Shown: positions 12,577 through 26,000 of the stretch, one piece after another | How the letters are laid out: each line of letters opens with the position of its first letter | Position numbering within the stretch: the stretch's first letter is position 1 | Assembly (NCBI GenBank): GCA_048772705.1 | Contig: JBLWGC010000051.1 | Coordinates: forward strand, 1-64,000 | Reading direction: 5' to 3' | Length of the DNA: 64,000 nucleotides | From: Leidyana gryllorum EB-2025a | Lineage: Eukaryota; Protista; Apicomplexa | Position numbers and translations under genes: made by a program | The notes under the pieces: model-generated | What the model saw: only the letters and a program-made list of their open reading frames with translations | Told to the model about the DNA's origin: nothing | Databases searched by the model: none

Positions 12577-13728
12577 TTACAAGAAATACCGATCTACGAA
12601 CTGTTGCTGGCTTTGAAAAGCGTTCCTCGACAGGTCGGTCTGCAAGGTGGGCAGGTCTCGGGGTGGCAATGAGAGCGATCTTCGTCCTTACCTCATTGAA
12701 ATCCTCAAACATGGGATCCTTGTCTTCACTGAGTCTCATGATAGCACCAACATTCCCGCATCTGTGAGAGGAGACAAGATTGACACTTGAAAAGGGGTAA
12801 GCCGGACGCTGACCTTTTGCAGTAGTTGGGCGCCGACCACACTGTTACAAGGTTACCACTGGGGAAGACATGTTGGTAACCCTGCATGGCCAGCTGGTGA
12901 GCGCGGGCGATCAAACTTATATCATTCAGGTGGCAGAATTCGTCCGCCACTTGAGCACCGAATAACCAGCCAGCACCTCGAGGGTTGACGGCCCAGCCGT
13001 CAATGCTCGGGTCGGGGTCAGACCATAATATATCTGCAGCAACGAGTAAGAATGGTAGTACAAAAGTGCCGCTTACCCCCAAAGGCCCCGACATGTGGAA
13101 TTTCTCGTGCGCGATGGATGATACGGAGTTGGTCGATAAGTCGTACATCAGGGGAAAGGCCGCCATGGACGCAGAAGACCTTTCCATTCACTACGGCTGC
13201 CAGAGCCAGATAGTCGAAAAGTTCAGTACAAAGTCTCCAAGCGTTTGCGTTACCATACTTCCTGAGACACTCATCGTAGAATCCATACACCTGAGTGATT
13301 TGACGTGATTCGTGATTGCCGCGGATCAACGTTATCCGTGAGGGGTAACGGATCTTGAGCAACACGAGCAGCAAGAATGTCTCCACAGAGTTGGATCCTC
13401 TATCTACGTAGTCTCCCAAGAAGACATAACTGGTTTGAGGGACTTTGCCGCCCACACAGAACAGCTCCAGCAAGTCAAAGTACTGCCCGTGGATATCACC
13501 TGCCACAACCACAGGCGCCGGCACTGGTTGGACGTTATTCTCCTCTAACAGGATCTCTTTCGCCTGCGGATGACAATATAAACGCACCTCTGCTTTGTGC
13601 TCGGTGGTACTCACCTGTCGACATATGATTCGAAGTTCTGCTTCAGTGATGATGGGGTGGTCTAGGTCGTCGATATCACCCTTCTGAAGAACTTCAAGAA
13701 GTTCATCAATGCTTCGCCTTTTTCCCAT
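12577..13728 (-). CDS. PPP6C: PPP-family Ser/Thr phosphatase catalytic subunit, PP6/Sit4 type
   Basis: GDIHG, GDYVDRG, RGNHE, HGGLSP, RAHQL, SAPNYC motifs; YGNANAWR and GAGWLFG are PP6-like; spliced C-terminus ends DRYFL*. Confidence 0.9.
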
Positions 13729-13813
13729 CACAACTCCAACCAGGAGGCATGTGTTGGTTCTTTTTGGCCACCAGCCTTTCGTTTCGAGTTCGTTTAGTAT
13801 GATTGTCTAGCCC

Positions 13814-15527
13814 ATGACCGATTTCATCACCGTCTTAGAGGGAGAACTGCCCTATAAAAGGGGACTTAAAGCCAAAGGATGCTTGGGTTTCACCAATTGT
13901 AAGCATGTGCTCCTTTCCACACTTCTATGTCGATCTGCGGATTGGACTTTCGCACCTCATTGCTTGCTAATCATCGGACAACGCCTTGGAGCGTCTGAAC
14001 AATAGAAAGGACAATGTTCTCGCAGATTGCCTGGAAGGCCCTACAACGGGAGAACTGGTTATCTGTTTTCACGGTCTCAATGCGTCTTTATCTCAATGGG
14101 AACACCCTAACCAATCACTGCATCTCCAAGGCTATCGCACACTCAGATTTGGTGAGAATCGTGACCTCTCACCCCCGGATCACTTATCGTGTCTCCGTTG
14201 CGTGTTTCGTGTGCACACGTGAAGATTTGGCCACTGGGAGGAAGAGAGTCAATGACGCAAACCTACACTATATTTGTTGTGCACCCTCAGACTTGTGGGG
14301 CCATGGTCTTTCGTCACCCATTCCCTCACGACCCAAACGGCCGTTGGTCGATCTGTTTGTGGAACAGGCTGAAGCTTTGCTGTCTGCTCTCAACCTTGCG
14401 CATGAGCCAATAGTGGCCATGGGGTTCTCATTAGGGGGTTACTTGGCCGCGGAGTTCGCGGGCCGTAATCCTCGAGTGTTCAAATGCATACTCTTATCTC
14501 CAGCCGGTCTGATCTCTGACAAGCCCAAGAGACTAAAGTAAGCCTTGTGGACATCTGTGTATTGCACGGTGGACCTGTTGCTTCTTTTGTAATACACATT
14601 CCGGTAGGATGCTCGAATACCGGTGTATCCGAGCGCTGTTCGAATGTTTCGTGGGAGTAATGATTCGCTGTTTATATGTGTTTGTTGGAGCCAGGAAGAC
14701 CAAGCAGGAGGTGGACGATGACTGCCCCTCCCCATGTGAGGAATTTTCACCAACTGATACGATTGAAGCAATGCAAGACGACAGACGGGGCTTGGTAGGG
14801 GTAGATGGATGTTTCGTGTGCGATAGCGATTGTGCAGATTATCCGCAATGCTGAGAGTGCTATCCGAATTGCTAGTTATTTGCCTCTCTGGGATAATCCC
14901 GGAGTATTTGATCGATTATTCCTGCGCAACATCCCGACAATGATCGCTTGTGGGTGAGGCCGACAACGGATTTGAACTGAAAGAAAGCGAACGATTGCTG
15001 TATTATATCGCAGTGGCCAAGATCGATTGACGCCGGCTAATCTGCTGGTGGCTCATGTGGACAAGTTTCCCACCGCTCCGTTGGCACTGAAAGTGTATCC
15101 GGGCCAAGGACACTGTTTGCTGGTGGACAAGCCTGGCCCTCTGATGTTCGACATGTTGCGGTTCTTGAGACATCACCCACAATCCCCTTCTTGGGGCAAA
15201 TCTATTTGTGTTACCTGTTGGCAAAGGCGAGAGGGAGACGAGGCAGTGGACAGCCCTTCATCTGAAGGCGGCATAAGTTGTGTCAGTACTTCGAGCGCTC
15301 TACCCAAGTCTCCTGGTCTGCTTCCTTTGAACGTCATTGTCAATCTGGGCGATAGAGCAACGCGTCGGCAAACGCTCCCTCACTTTTCGTCCCCGTCGTC
15401 ACCATCATATCTACAGCCCTCACCCGCCCTCACACAGCGAACAAGCGGTGTACAAAGTATGGAGCGCTTACTTAGCTGGATTTTCCCCCCCACCCCGAGC
15501 GTCGCTTCGAACAATGCCCCAGACTGA
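13814..15527 (+). CDS. Alpha/beta hydrolase (multi-exon)
   Basis: CFHGLN, RFDLWGHGLS (after splicing), nucleophile elbow GFSLGG, later VYPGQGHCL. Confidence 0.8.
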
Positions 15528-15542
15528 TTTTTTTTTCGTCCA

Positions 15543-16762
15543 ATGGACCCGAACGCAACACCTCCTCAACCTTCACAGGAACCCCCCAATAAAGTCCGTC
15601 GTCTCGATGCCGACCAGACCTCTCCACACATCACCAGCTACAAGTCGACGCTCCTCCCCGACACAAACATCCGTGTAGCAGCAAGCCCGCAGGTCAAGCC
15701 GTCCACATCACCGACTCCGGTCAAAGAGGAACAAGTGTCTACACAAGCCGAAAACGGTCCTGTCGTGGAGAACACCGCCCCTCCTCCGACGGTGGATATC
15801 GCCGCCGATGCTGTCAAGCGAGAGATGCCCATGGAACCAGTGCCCCACATTCCTCAACCCCTCAAAGAAGAGGTGAAGGCGGAGAAGGGCGCTGTCGAGG
15901 GAGATCCTACTATAAATACTGAACTCCGTGCAAGCGGAGAGGGTGTTGCAGCCGAGGCTGCTCAGGGCGAAGACGAACGAGAGAACATTTCGGTGGAAAC
16001 TCGGGTACAGTTGTCCCTGATGGAAGGTGAGTGTGCCGTTTCGCCGCCGCGCGCGTTGTAGCTGGGTGCAGCTGTTGAGCAACTGAGCACTGTCGCTCGT
16101 TGCCTGGAACGATGGCAACCGTTCCGTCCTTCAATCGGAGTGTCGGAAGAGCAACGACAACGGGAACGAAAACGCTATGATGAAGTATCACAAAAGTCGA
16201 AAGCTCGGGTGGCTGAGCATATGTAAGGCAGTCTCGCGATTCGATCACGTTACACTCTCGGCACGCAGAAAGAAGTTCTTGCGTAAAGATCGCAAACTTA
16301 TCGAAATGGTGGACGGAACTAACGTGTTCGATTCGGCCAACATTCCGGTTGATCTGATCGCCCACGTTGACCACTACTTGAGTCCCAATTCTTGGCTACG
16401 AGCTCTGTACGAAGAGATAGAGTACATTAACGCCATAGCGCGTGGCGAACTCGAAGCGTTGGGGGTAAGTGTTCGGTGGTACCCAAGCTTACACACATTG
16501 GCCCGTCTTTTTGTGCCACTAACAGGCGTTCCACTCGACCCTCCGCGTCTACATAGCTTTGATAGATCACCTACGCAGTAAAAGTCTCCTCAAGATACCA
16601 AAGTTCGAAGAGGCGACTTTGCCTCCCACAGCTTTGAGGAGTCCTATGTATCGCAGTGAGGTACAAGTGGACCTGATGCAGGTTCTGGGGATTGTGAGGG
16701 CACCTCTGGCACCTGTGGGATTGGGGAAGGATCTTTCACTGCGCAAAAGGAGGTTGCTATAG
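15543..16762 (+). CDS. Putative Mediator subunit MED10/Nut2-like protein with acidic N-terminal extension
   Basis: IPVDLIAHVDHYLSPNSWLRALYEEIEYINAIARGELEALG resembles MED10 IPLEV..YID.GRNP...LE......N....GK..A; multi-exon. Confidence 0.45.
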
Positions 16763-17075
16763 AAGTGTGCAAAAAGGGTTTGGAGCTGTGGCTGGGTAGT
16801 TGGCACATAGAATTTTTTGCCCTCATTTTTGTAGCGTTGCTGGGAACGCTGCGCCGTAGCGATCATTACGGCCGAGTGACCTCCAATCGCTAAAAATTCA
16901 TTAACTTCACGGCGGCAGGTTTGAAGTCGCCGCGCGACTCCTGTAAGAATGGAGCCAGCAGATCAAGCTGCCACGCCTGCGAGTCCTTGTGTGAATGTCG
17001 ACCAGGCTTCCAACCCTCCCCCAGAGCATTCCACCGGCGATGGGTCCTTAGTGAGTCGAAAACACCTCTCATGCA

Positions 17076-20000
17076 TTGCCCTATGCTCCCAATATGTCCC
17101 AGCTCCCCTCACACTCCTTATTGCAGGTTCGCCACCCCGCCTCTCACCGCTACGAAATCCCGTATCTCCTATCGCTGCGGAGCTTGCCGGCGTCCCAAAA
17201 GCCCCCTGAAGGCTCCTCACAGTTAAACTCCGCCATGCGTTGGGCCAATAACAGCCGTCGTGCCGACAGCGGCCTCAAGGTGAGCCGCGGGAAGTCAATA
17301 ATAGAGGAGACTCAGTCGCCTCGACAGCCGCCCGTGCGGTCAGGCCGGTTCGGGTCAGACGAACTTCAACAGCCCAACAACGCTCAACCTCTGCTCTCGT
17401 ACCAGTCGGAAGCTGGTCAAGGTTCTCTCTTAGGCATGCCTGCCCACCTCCGTCCCCAGCAGCAGCAGAAGTCTGCCCTCAAAGCTGCAACTGGCGGTGC
17501 TCAGAGAAAAGCCGCTGCCGAGAACGCCGAGTCCGAGGCGCAGCCACCCGAGCAGGCGGAAGAGGAATTTGGGAGGCGTCCAGATGTTATTTTCGGCTCT
17601 GAGAACAACACCTTCCTACCTCCTGCCAACAAATTCGTCGACGAGGACCTCAAACAGATTGGAAAGTCGCAACTGGGTCTACACCCAGCTGGCTTCCAGT
17701 GGGATCAACGCCAGGGCCAAGGGTTTGCACACGCTACCAACAACTCTGCGTCTCCCCCCAGGGCTCCAGCAGTGAATGCGGCTGGTGGAGCTTTTGGTGG
17801 GTATGTTCCTCGACTGATCGACATGGGTCCAAACTCCCGTCCATTCGACAACAACTACTACCCGGAGCCTCAGAACAGTTGGGAACATGACCCTTGGGAC
17901 TCACCTGTGGATCAGTAAGCAGCTTCTGCCATCTGTCGCAACCTCACAACCAACTTCAGAGGCGATGTGAACGACATCTTCACCTTGGGCGATATTCGGC
18001 AGGCTGAGCACACTATCGAAACGCAGGGTATTACAGCCGAGAGCTACGCCAATTTCCGAACGCGCAAGATTCTGAATGATCAGGCGGATCGCCGGCGTCC
18101 TGCGAACGGTCCTGGTGGAGAAGCCCCGGGCTTCGCAGCTCCAGCGAAGGGCATGTCCCCCGACATTTTCTTTGGCGATGGACGTCCCCCTGCTATGGGC
18201 GGGGATCGGGCTCCACCTGGCGAAAGCCGTTTCTTGTCCATGTTCAATGAGAACGCTCAGTCCGCTGCTGCGCATGATCAAAGAGCTCCGACTCCTCGTA
18301 CCATGACGGCTACCCGCGAGCAGCTCCAAAATCAAGCTATTTCAGTTCTACAGAACCTTCCCTACGTAAGTATATTGTCCGGCTGCTACAGCCGAACGAA
18401 AAAGGCTTGTGCCTTCACTCATTGAGGGATACTGATCCGGATCCAGCACATCGCAGCCTTTCCGGCCGGAGGCGGTGTTGTGTGTCTCGCGTGTGTGCTT
18501 CGGTTAATGCGCGCGAGCTCACTGCTCATGCTACTTCATCTTGTGTGCTTGATTGCTTGAATGTTGGCTGAATGTCATCCGTTCTCCTCTTCAGCATCAG
18601 CAACAGCAAATCGCTGCAAACTGGATGGCTCAGCAAGCTGAAAGCAAAAGCGCTGGCGAAAAGGCTCAGATGCGCGAGCATCTGCTGAAACTCCTGGGGT
18701 TGCAGAAGCAACACCCGCAGCAGAATGACCTTCCACCTCAAGCCGACCCAGTGTACAAGCAGTACCAAGCAAACGCTGCTACTGGTAAGCACACTCCGAG
18801 AAGGGCACAGAATGGTAAATTCTCGGGTGCTCACATAGCTGCCACTCGCCCTCCCGGAATGACTTTCTCCAAGCCCCTAAACCCTGCGGCTCCGAACTTC
18901 GCTCCCTCTGGTAGGTCTCGTGATTCGGGTTTGTGTGTTTAATCTGGTTTGACAGGTCTATATAATCCGAATGTGAACAATGATCACATGAAACGGGGCA
19001 ACGGCGCCAACATGGCTCCGGTGGGTTCCGTCATGAACAATAAGGGGAACTATTTTGCCCATCAGCCTCCGATGGACTTCCGCCGAGGCCAGATGGGGTT
19101 TGATCACTCCCCAAATCATCATATGGGACCGAATCAGTCTGGCCACTACCCTCCTGCCGGATGGAACCAGCGCGTACCGCATCCGCATTCTCCTCCTATG
19201 GATGATTATGGAACGGTGGGCAAGGGTAGTAATGGTGGTACAGGCAATCACAACCCACGACAGATGGGGAACCACCAGGCTCCACCCATGAACCCCTTAC
19301 CGGCCCACCCTGATATCCAAGATTTGATCCAGAAGCTCCTTGCACGGCAAAAGGTTGGGAATCAGCACCCCAGCTCCGATCAGCGTAAGGTCTCGCGGGG
19401 TAGAGGGGCGTCTATTCCCGTCACACCAGATATGGCTGCGACTCAAGCTCTTCACCGCAGTTTGGCACAAGCAGGTAATCTCACTCACGAGAATGTTCAG
19501 GCTGTGCTAAACTACCTGAGGACCACGAAGCAGTTCACGATGAATCCAGCTGCGGCGAACCAAAACGCGCGTCGAGGCGCAGCAATGCAGCAGCCGAAGC
19601 CCGAGAGTATGATGGGTCAACAAGGACGACCAGGCGCATATTCGCAACAAGCGCCTCAAACTGTTGGTGCCAACCCGCAGAACCCGCAGGGTATGCAGGG
19701 TGGTCCTCAGATTCCTGCTGCGGCTTTGAGTCAGCTGTTGAGCAATCCAGGTCTGCTTTCACACGTCAATAACACTTCTCCTCATGGGAATAGAGGTGGT
19801 CCTCGAGGAAATGAATCTCAGAAGACTATGGCTGCTCTGATACACACTCTGACCAAAGCCACTCAGCAGCGGGCTGGTACTCCCGGAGCCCCGGGTGCTG
19901 GTGGTGTTGCGGCACAGTCGAAGCACATCCAGCTATCTAACTGTTTGGAGCAACTGCAGAGCAATCAATCTGTGCTGAAGAAACAGGCAGCTGTCGGGGC

Positions 20001-20811
20001 GGCTGTCAATCAGCAGCAGGCTCGCAGTGGCGGCTATGTGGGTGGTCCTCTGTCACAGTCCCAGCAGCAAGGTGGCGTGCCTGGACAAGCCGGTGTGCTG
20101 AGTTCGGGAGGGATGCAGCAGCAAGGTGGAGGATCTTCTGGTGCGCCGCCCCAACGGCGGCACGGTCCACCATCGAATTTTGGCATGGACTCGGAGTCTG
20201 GAGCCCCCTCCATGAATCCTGCGGCCGTGGCGGCCCTGGGTGCCCTCCCCACGATGAGCAAGCCCGAGCAGCAAGCCGCTCTTGCTACGCTTTTGCGAAA
20301 CATGCCGACAAATCACCCTCTCTACAACCAGATCCAACATCTCTTGAGGCAGCAGCGCGAACTGCAGGAGCGTCAAGAGCGTGAGAGACTGGCGGCGGAA
20401 CAGCAGCAGCAGCAGCAACAGCAACAACACCAGCAACAGCAAGTGGCTGCGGGTGTGTTTGCCAATGCAGCAGCTCCCAGCACCACGGCTAGCTCCAACA
20501 ATGGCGGTTCGACTGCGCCTCCCACCACAACTACCAGCACCACTGGTCCCCATACTTCTAATAGCTGTGAGAATAAGGAGAACGGCGGTGGTAGTGAAGT
20601 CGCAACGACTGAAAACTGCTCCAGTCCTACCACTGCTGCCCCACCTGCCAAAGATGAGGTTGTGGCAGCTGAACAAAATGAACAAAACAGCCCCAGACAA
20701 GTCTCGGCTGATGAGGTAAGGAGCGAGAACCACCAAGCCAATATGCTCCCACCTGGCCTTGAGTGTGCCCAATCCCCATCGATTGTTGAAAGCTTCTCTC
20801 AAGACTGTTGA
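17076..20811 (+). CDS. 4E-T/Eap1-like eIF4E-binding protein with PAM2 motif and Q/N/G-rich low-complexity C-terminus
   Basis: RYEIPYLLSLRSLPAS fits the YxxxxL-hydrophobic eIF4E-binding motif; ESRFLSMF; LNPAAPNFAP (PAM2); polyQ; several ORF pieces joined by introns. Confidence 0.6.
20401..20442 (+). repeat. CAG/CAA polyglutamine tract
   Basis: cagcagcagcagcagcaacagcaacaacaccagcaacagcaa within the CDS. Confidence 0.9.
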
Positions 20812-21565
20812 CATCTTATCATCTACCTTCTGTGATTGCAAACTGTTTGATCATTCTTCTTAATATGTGGTATATCACTCTCAACACTCTCTTAAGCTAG
20901 CGCCTGCGCCAGATGTCACCCTATTTCGCGCTCTTTCACACCAATTTGTCCCCTGTCGTGCCCAACCAATACCCCCAGTGGCTCTCGAGAACCTACAATT
21001 CTCTCCGCCGTTCTGTGCTATTCATTCATCATCCCACACTCGTGACACTCGCACACACTCTCAGCAATTGAGCAGTGACCGTCCCCAATTCTATGTCTGT
21101 CTCTCTCTCTCTCTCTCATCACCCCTTGCAGTAATCATTGAAGGTCTCCTGAAACAATACTTTTGCTTACTTAACTGCTACAACCATGTCCTCTCCAGTG
21201 CGTTCGAAAGTGAGTACCGTTCCTCGATTCGATAGGTTCACACACACAAGCTTCCAGCTAGTATTCCCGCTTGCAGACCCCCTCATTTGGACTCCTTATC
21301 TTTGCCTGCTTTCGTTTTCAAACCGTTAAATGATTGACGACACCCCATTGATCAATAGTCGTGGTGGAGGTGTAAGTGGTTACCCGGCGGCCTGGCTGAG
21401 TTACGCACGGGTTAAGATGGCAAGGCTTCCCATTCCAGGCTCCAGTGCAGTTCACCATACTTACCATCTATCATCCACCATTATTGAACCCACCAAAGAT
21501 CAGTCCTCGCGTATGTCCCAAAAAAGCTCACCTTCTGGAAAAAGGCCTGGTGGCGTTTTCGCCTC

Positions 21566-22232
21566 ATGGGGATGCGCACTTGGCACGATGACCAGGACAC
21601 TGACGTCTTTCAAGCTATTCCAGCCGATGACGACACCAGCAGCAGCGGCTCTAACATCGCACCCGAGGCAATAGGTGAACCTGATCAGCCTCAAACGGAG
21701 GCAGATCCCGTCGCTCCCAGACACAATCGGTATTTTCACCATGATGAAAGAAGTGAAGCAACACCCACTATCGACTTGGCACAAGCCAGTAGAATGGGAA
21801 AGCTCTATAGTAAATGGGGTGACGAAGTGTCGTCAGATGACGACACAAAAGCCTGTACCCCGATGGGGAAGGAAGACGGCCGCACTACTTTGGAAGAAGG
21901 AGGGTGAGTACTGACTGGGTGACCAGTTATTTCCGACCGTCAACTGAGGCACGCAATGGCCACACACGTGTGCAAGCCCTCACGCGTCTCTGACAGAATG
22001 CTGACCGCTAAACGAACCAATATTCCTCTTTATTCTCAGGCGAAGGCGATACTTGTTCGATCCAGACCGTCTGGACAACATGTGGTCCCACGATAAGTTC
22101 GACGAGCTTGACCGAGGCCCCTCCAAAGGCCGTGGGAGCAATGGTCGAGGATTCCGACGAGGGTTCCGAGGAGGTCGTGGTAAACGCCGCGGGGTGGCGA
22201 AGGCTGCTCAGACGGCAATGGCGAGCAGCTAG
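21566..22232 (+). CDS. CASC3/Barentsz (Btz domain)-like EJC protein; 5' end may extend upstream (possible first exon at 21186)
   Basis: DPVAPRHNRYFHHDER, intron 21904-22039, then LDNMWSHDKFDEL and an RG/RGG-rich tail: the two conserved halves of the Btz domain. Confidence 0.65.
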
Positions 22233-22500
22233 AGCATGTGAGTAAGATCAAGAGTACGGCTTGTCCGTTTGCTGAGGTTCCGAAGAGTGGGTATTCTCAA
22301 AATCCCCATTGCTGGCCCGTTCCCGCCTTCAAACTCGGAGAGCTCGAAGCTCTGAGGACTGCTTAGTTCGGGCAGTCCAGTGGTCTTCTCCTGAGAGAGC
22401 AACTGTCCATTGGTATGCGATGGCATATGAAGAAGTGTGAAGTTCGGACTGCCGTGTTGGCTTGTTCCAGTACGGGAATTGCGAGCTGAGTCGTTTCAAT

Positions 22501-22966
22501 ATGAGTGCTGACTACATTACAGTAAGTTGAGGTGGTGTGAAGCCGAGCAAAGCAGCCAGCGATTCAGGCTCGGGTGCGCGGATTCGCGCGCATGATCGGA
22601 TTTCCCCGTTGGGCGTTTTCCGGGCCATTGTCAGTATCTGAGGACATACACTTGCTGTTGCGGAGTTTACTTATCACCCATATTACTTGCTACGAGCTTG
22701 ACCAATAGAAAATGACTTTCTGTCCCTTTGCGAACTCCAAGTTAGACGGCTACAAGCAGAGCTCAGAAACTGTCGCCAAGCTGAAACGTTCGGTGATGAC
22801 GATTGAATCGAGAATACCCGAGGTTGGGGGTCCTCAGACCGATGCCAATGTTGCTGCTTTGTGTACCCAATGCCTTGCGGAGATAACTTCACGTCGAGGA
22901 CACGTGAAGTACAGTACCCCGCCCCCGTCCGCTGATTGCAGTGATGCTACCACCAGTGATGCCTAG
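22501..22966 (+). CDS. Small hypothetical protein (multi-exon, tentative)
   Basis: ATG at about 22501 followed by a GTAAGT donor; terminal ORF 22712-22966; no motif recognised. Confidence 0.3.
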
Positions 22967-23022
22967 CCTTCTTTGCGTTGTGTGATGAACGTTGTAATAA
23001 ATAACCCACTATTTATGGTTCA

Positions 23023-26000
23023 ATGTGCCGCTTGACGGTGAGGTCCGATATTGTAACTAAAGAGTAATAAACCCCCAGGCGATTCTCTCGACCAAGCAAC
23101 CCGTTTGCGTGGGTGATGTGGTCACCAAGCCTCGGCTGAGTGAGTGCTGTTCTCAACAAGTTATTCTTCAATTCCCGCCGCTATAGGTATTATATACCAA
23201 TCGTTCAATTGTCATGAGCGTATTCCACGAGATAGACCCCGCTGGGCCTACGAGCAGAGTACGCTCAACGGAGACGGTTTTGGAGTCGGGTGGTATGTAC
23301 CCAAAGAGCAAGCGCACCTTATTCCAAACCCGCAACGGCCGTGTGTATTCACATCCCTCAAGCCCGCTTGGGGTGATAGAAACTTGAAACAGCTCTCTGA
23401 GAATACCATCAGCCCCCTGATATTCGCTCATGTCAGGGCAGCTGGGCCGGGCTCTGGGTGAGCCGCTGAGTCTATGTCATCGCAATAATGAATTCAACAG
23501 GGCCCCCACCGAGACAAACTGCCATCCGTTTCGTTGCGGACGCTTCTTATTCATGCACAATGGCGTCATTGGCAACTGGACGAGTATCCGTCGACTGCTG
23601 TTGGCCCGCCTACAGACCCCTTTGGCGTTCAATTTCGCTATGGAGAATACGCCTATTGACAGCGTTGTGCTCTTTGCCCTCTTCCTCGAGACCCTCGATC
23701 GTGGCCGTAGGTGCTTTCCAGCCTGACGCTCTCAACTCGATTCTCCACAGCCGAGGCGGACTATTCGGCAAACGAGCTGCGAATCCGAATGCAGAGAGTT
23801 CTGGAGTGGGTGAAAGCTGTAAGCCTCCGACGCCCTCACCCTCACCTCACCATCACTCTGTCGCTCACAACAGGTTTTGGACGAACAGAAGATCGAGGAA
23901 GTATCGTACATGAACTGTATGGTCTCTGATGGGGTTGATATGGTCGCGACTCGCTATGCTGTTGGGCCCTACAGTAAACGACACAGACGCGTATCAGCAG
24001 CCCCCGATGCCGCAGTCGAATCGTATGAAGAAGTTGATCGCACACAATCGCTCTCATTGTACTTTGCAACTGGCACGCGATGGATTGAGGAATCTCCTGG
24101 CGATTTTCGGATGACACATATGGACAAAAGGAACGAAGTCTGCATCGTCACCTCCGAACCTCTGACCGAAGTCCGCGAGGAGTGGGTCCCAGTCCCCCAC
24201 AATCACCTCATCATAGTTAGTTCCAAGTGTGACGTTTTACTGCAGCCACTGGGCAGAATCGTCCAGACGGCTTCGTCTCCTCGAGGAGGGAGGAATCCGG
24301 GCAGTTTGGGTATATTGGATCATCTGGTCGCCTTGCCCCTCCGGCCACCTGATGCCACTGCTGCCATATACCGCTCACTCCTGTCGCTAGGGGCTGCGAG
24401 CTCTTATTCCCCTGCTGCTCATTCCCCCTCCTCCTTTCCAGGAGACGGATCAGCCACCGGAGGCGATGGCAGCACACGCCGATCCGTACAGTGGCCTCCC
24501 GTTTACCCGCGGGATCGCTTACACACTCAAAGTCAAGATGCCCCTGACCATTTATTGTGCCGAAGGCTGTACAAGGCTGATGGTATCCCAATACTGTGTG
24601 TTACCACCGTCGCTGTGCACAGTGCCAGTGGGCAGCCACAACGGTTACTTGTCACAGGCGATCAGGTGGGTAACATTCGGGTGTGGTCGTTGGAATCAGG
24701 GGACTGCTTGACAACCATTCACGGCCATAGAGGATCCGTGCTGGCTTTGGCGACATATACAGAGCATATAGACTGCGACAACGACGACTCGGACACGAGT
24801 GAGAGCAACAGCGGAGACAATCATGTCACTGCCTGTCTGCCGTCAAGCGGTTTCCCAACGCACACTTGGCTCTTCTCGGCCTCCGCTGATACGACAGTGG
24901 GCGTCTGGGATTTGGGTAAACTGGTGAACTGCCCTGGAGCTCAAGCACACGAGTATTTGAGTGTTCGCCTATACTTTGAGCCGCTTCAAGGGGATGTCCT
25001 GTCGCTCACAGTGACCCACGGGCCCAATAGGAAGCAGGACTGCATCTTCATGGGGTACCAATCTACAATGATAGGTTACATGAAGCTGTATTCCCTCTTC
25101 ACACGGCTGCGGGCGTGTCGACACTTTGTTCCCAATCGAAGCCCAGACGATCCTCTCTGCTCCCCCGCTTGCCGCTCGGGCCAATGTCCAATAGGAATCC
25201 ATATGACCTTTGATTACATGGGGGCCCCGCAGCTGGTCCTCTCAGCTGCGACAGAAATACTCCCAGATCCCACAGCTGAAGAGTTCTTCACACCCACCAT
25301 CATGAACGATGCTTGCGCTCAGGGGTTAGCAATGTATAACCCATCTATGAGCATCGTGACCCCAGGTGGAACCTGTGAGAGTGTCCCAAGGCCAATTCCG
25401 CCCCGTAATTCTGCCAATCGAGGCACTTCGGAGAGCCTTATGCAGCATTCAGGTTATCGTGGATCCAATCCCCACTCAATGCCAATGTTATACTCTGCTC
25501 CCTGTGGGAGCGACCTGGAAAAAGGCACTTCAGAGTGCGACACACGTGTGTGCCAAGGAGGCGGAGGCAGCACCAACCGTTTCGTCAGTGGGGTTCCAGC
25601 TCGCGAAAACTTGAAAGCTGAGAGTGATGATGTGAGCTCACATACATCTCTAAGAACCCACTGCCCGTGTACTTTGGATTGGTATTTACTGCGCCAAGAT
25701 GGACAGGAGCACCACTGCGGCTTCATCGAGGCCTTAGCCGTCGCCGGACAAGGCGACACAGTAATCAGTGGTGGTGGCGACGGCTTGGTGGTCGTCTGGC
25801 GCCGAGGCCGCCATGTGGCCACCCTTTCTGGCCACACAGGAGGTGTCCTTTGCCTCGCGGCGACTGTCCACAATGGCCACCCATTGGACGGGGTTTCCAA
25901 CGCCCCGTTGTCGTCGGAGGAAGTGCGTCGAGCCACGAGTGAGGGCATTGACCACAACACATTCTATAGCGGAGCCCGTGATAAAAGCATCCGAGTGTGG

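Noticed and set aside
9798-15527. A mycosporine biosynthetic gene cluster around mysC
   Set aside because: Neighbours are THOC7-like, PP6 and an alpha/beta hydrolase; no DDGS, O-methyltransferase, MysD or NRPS is in the window.
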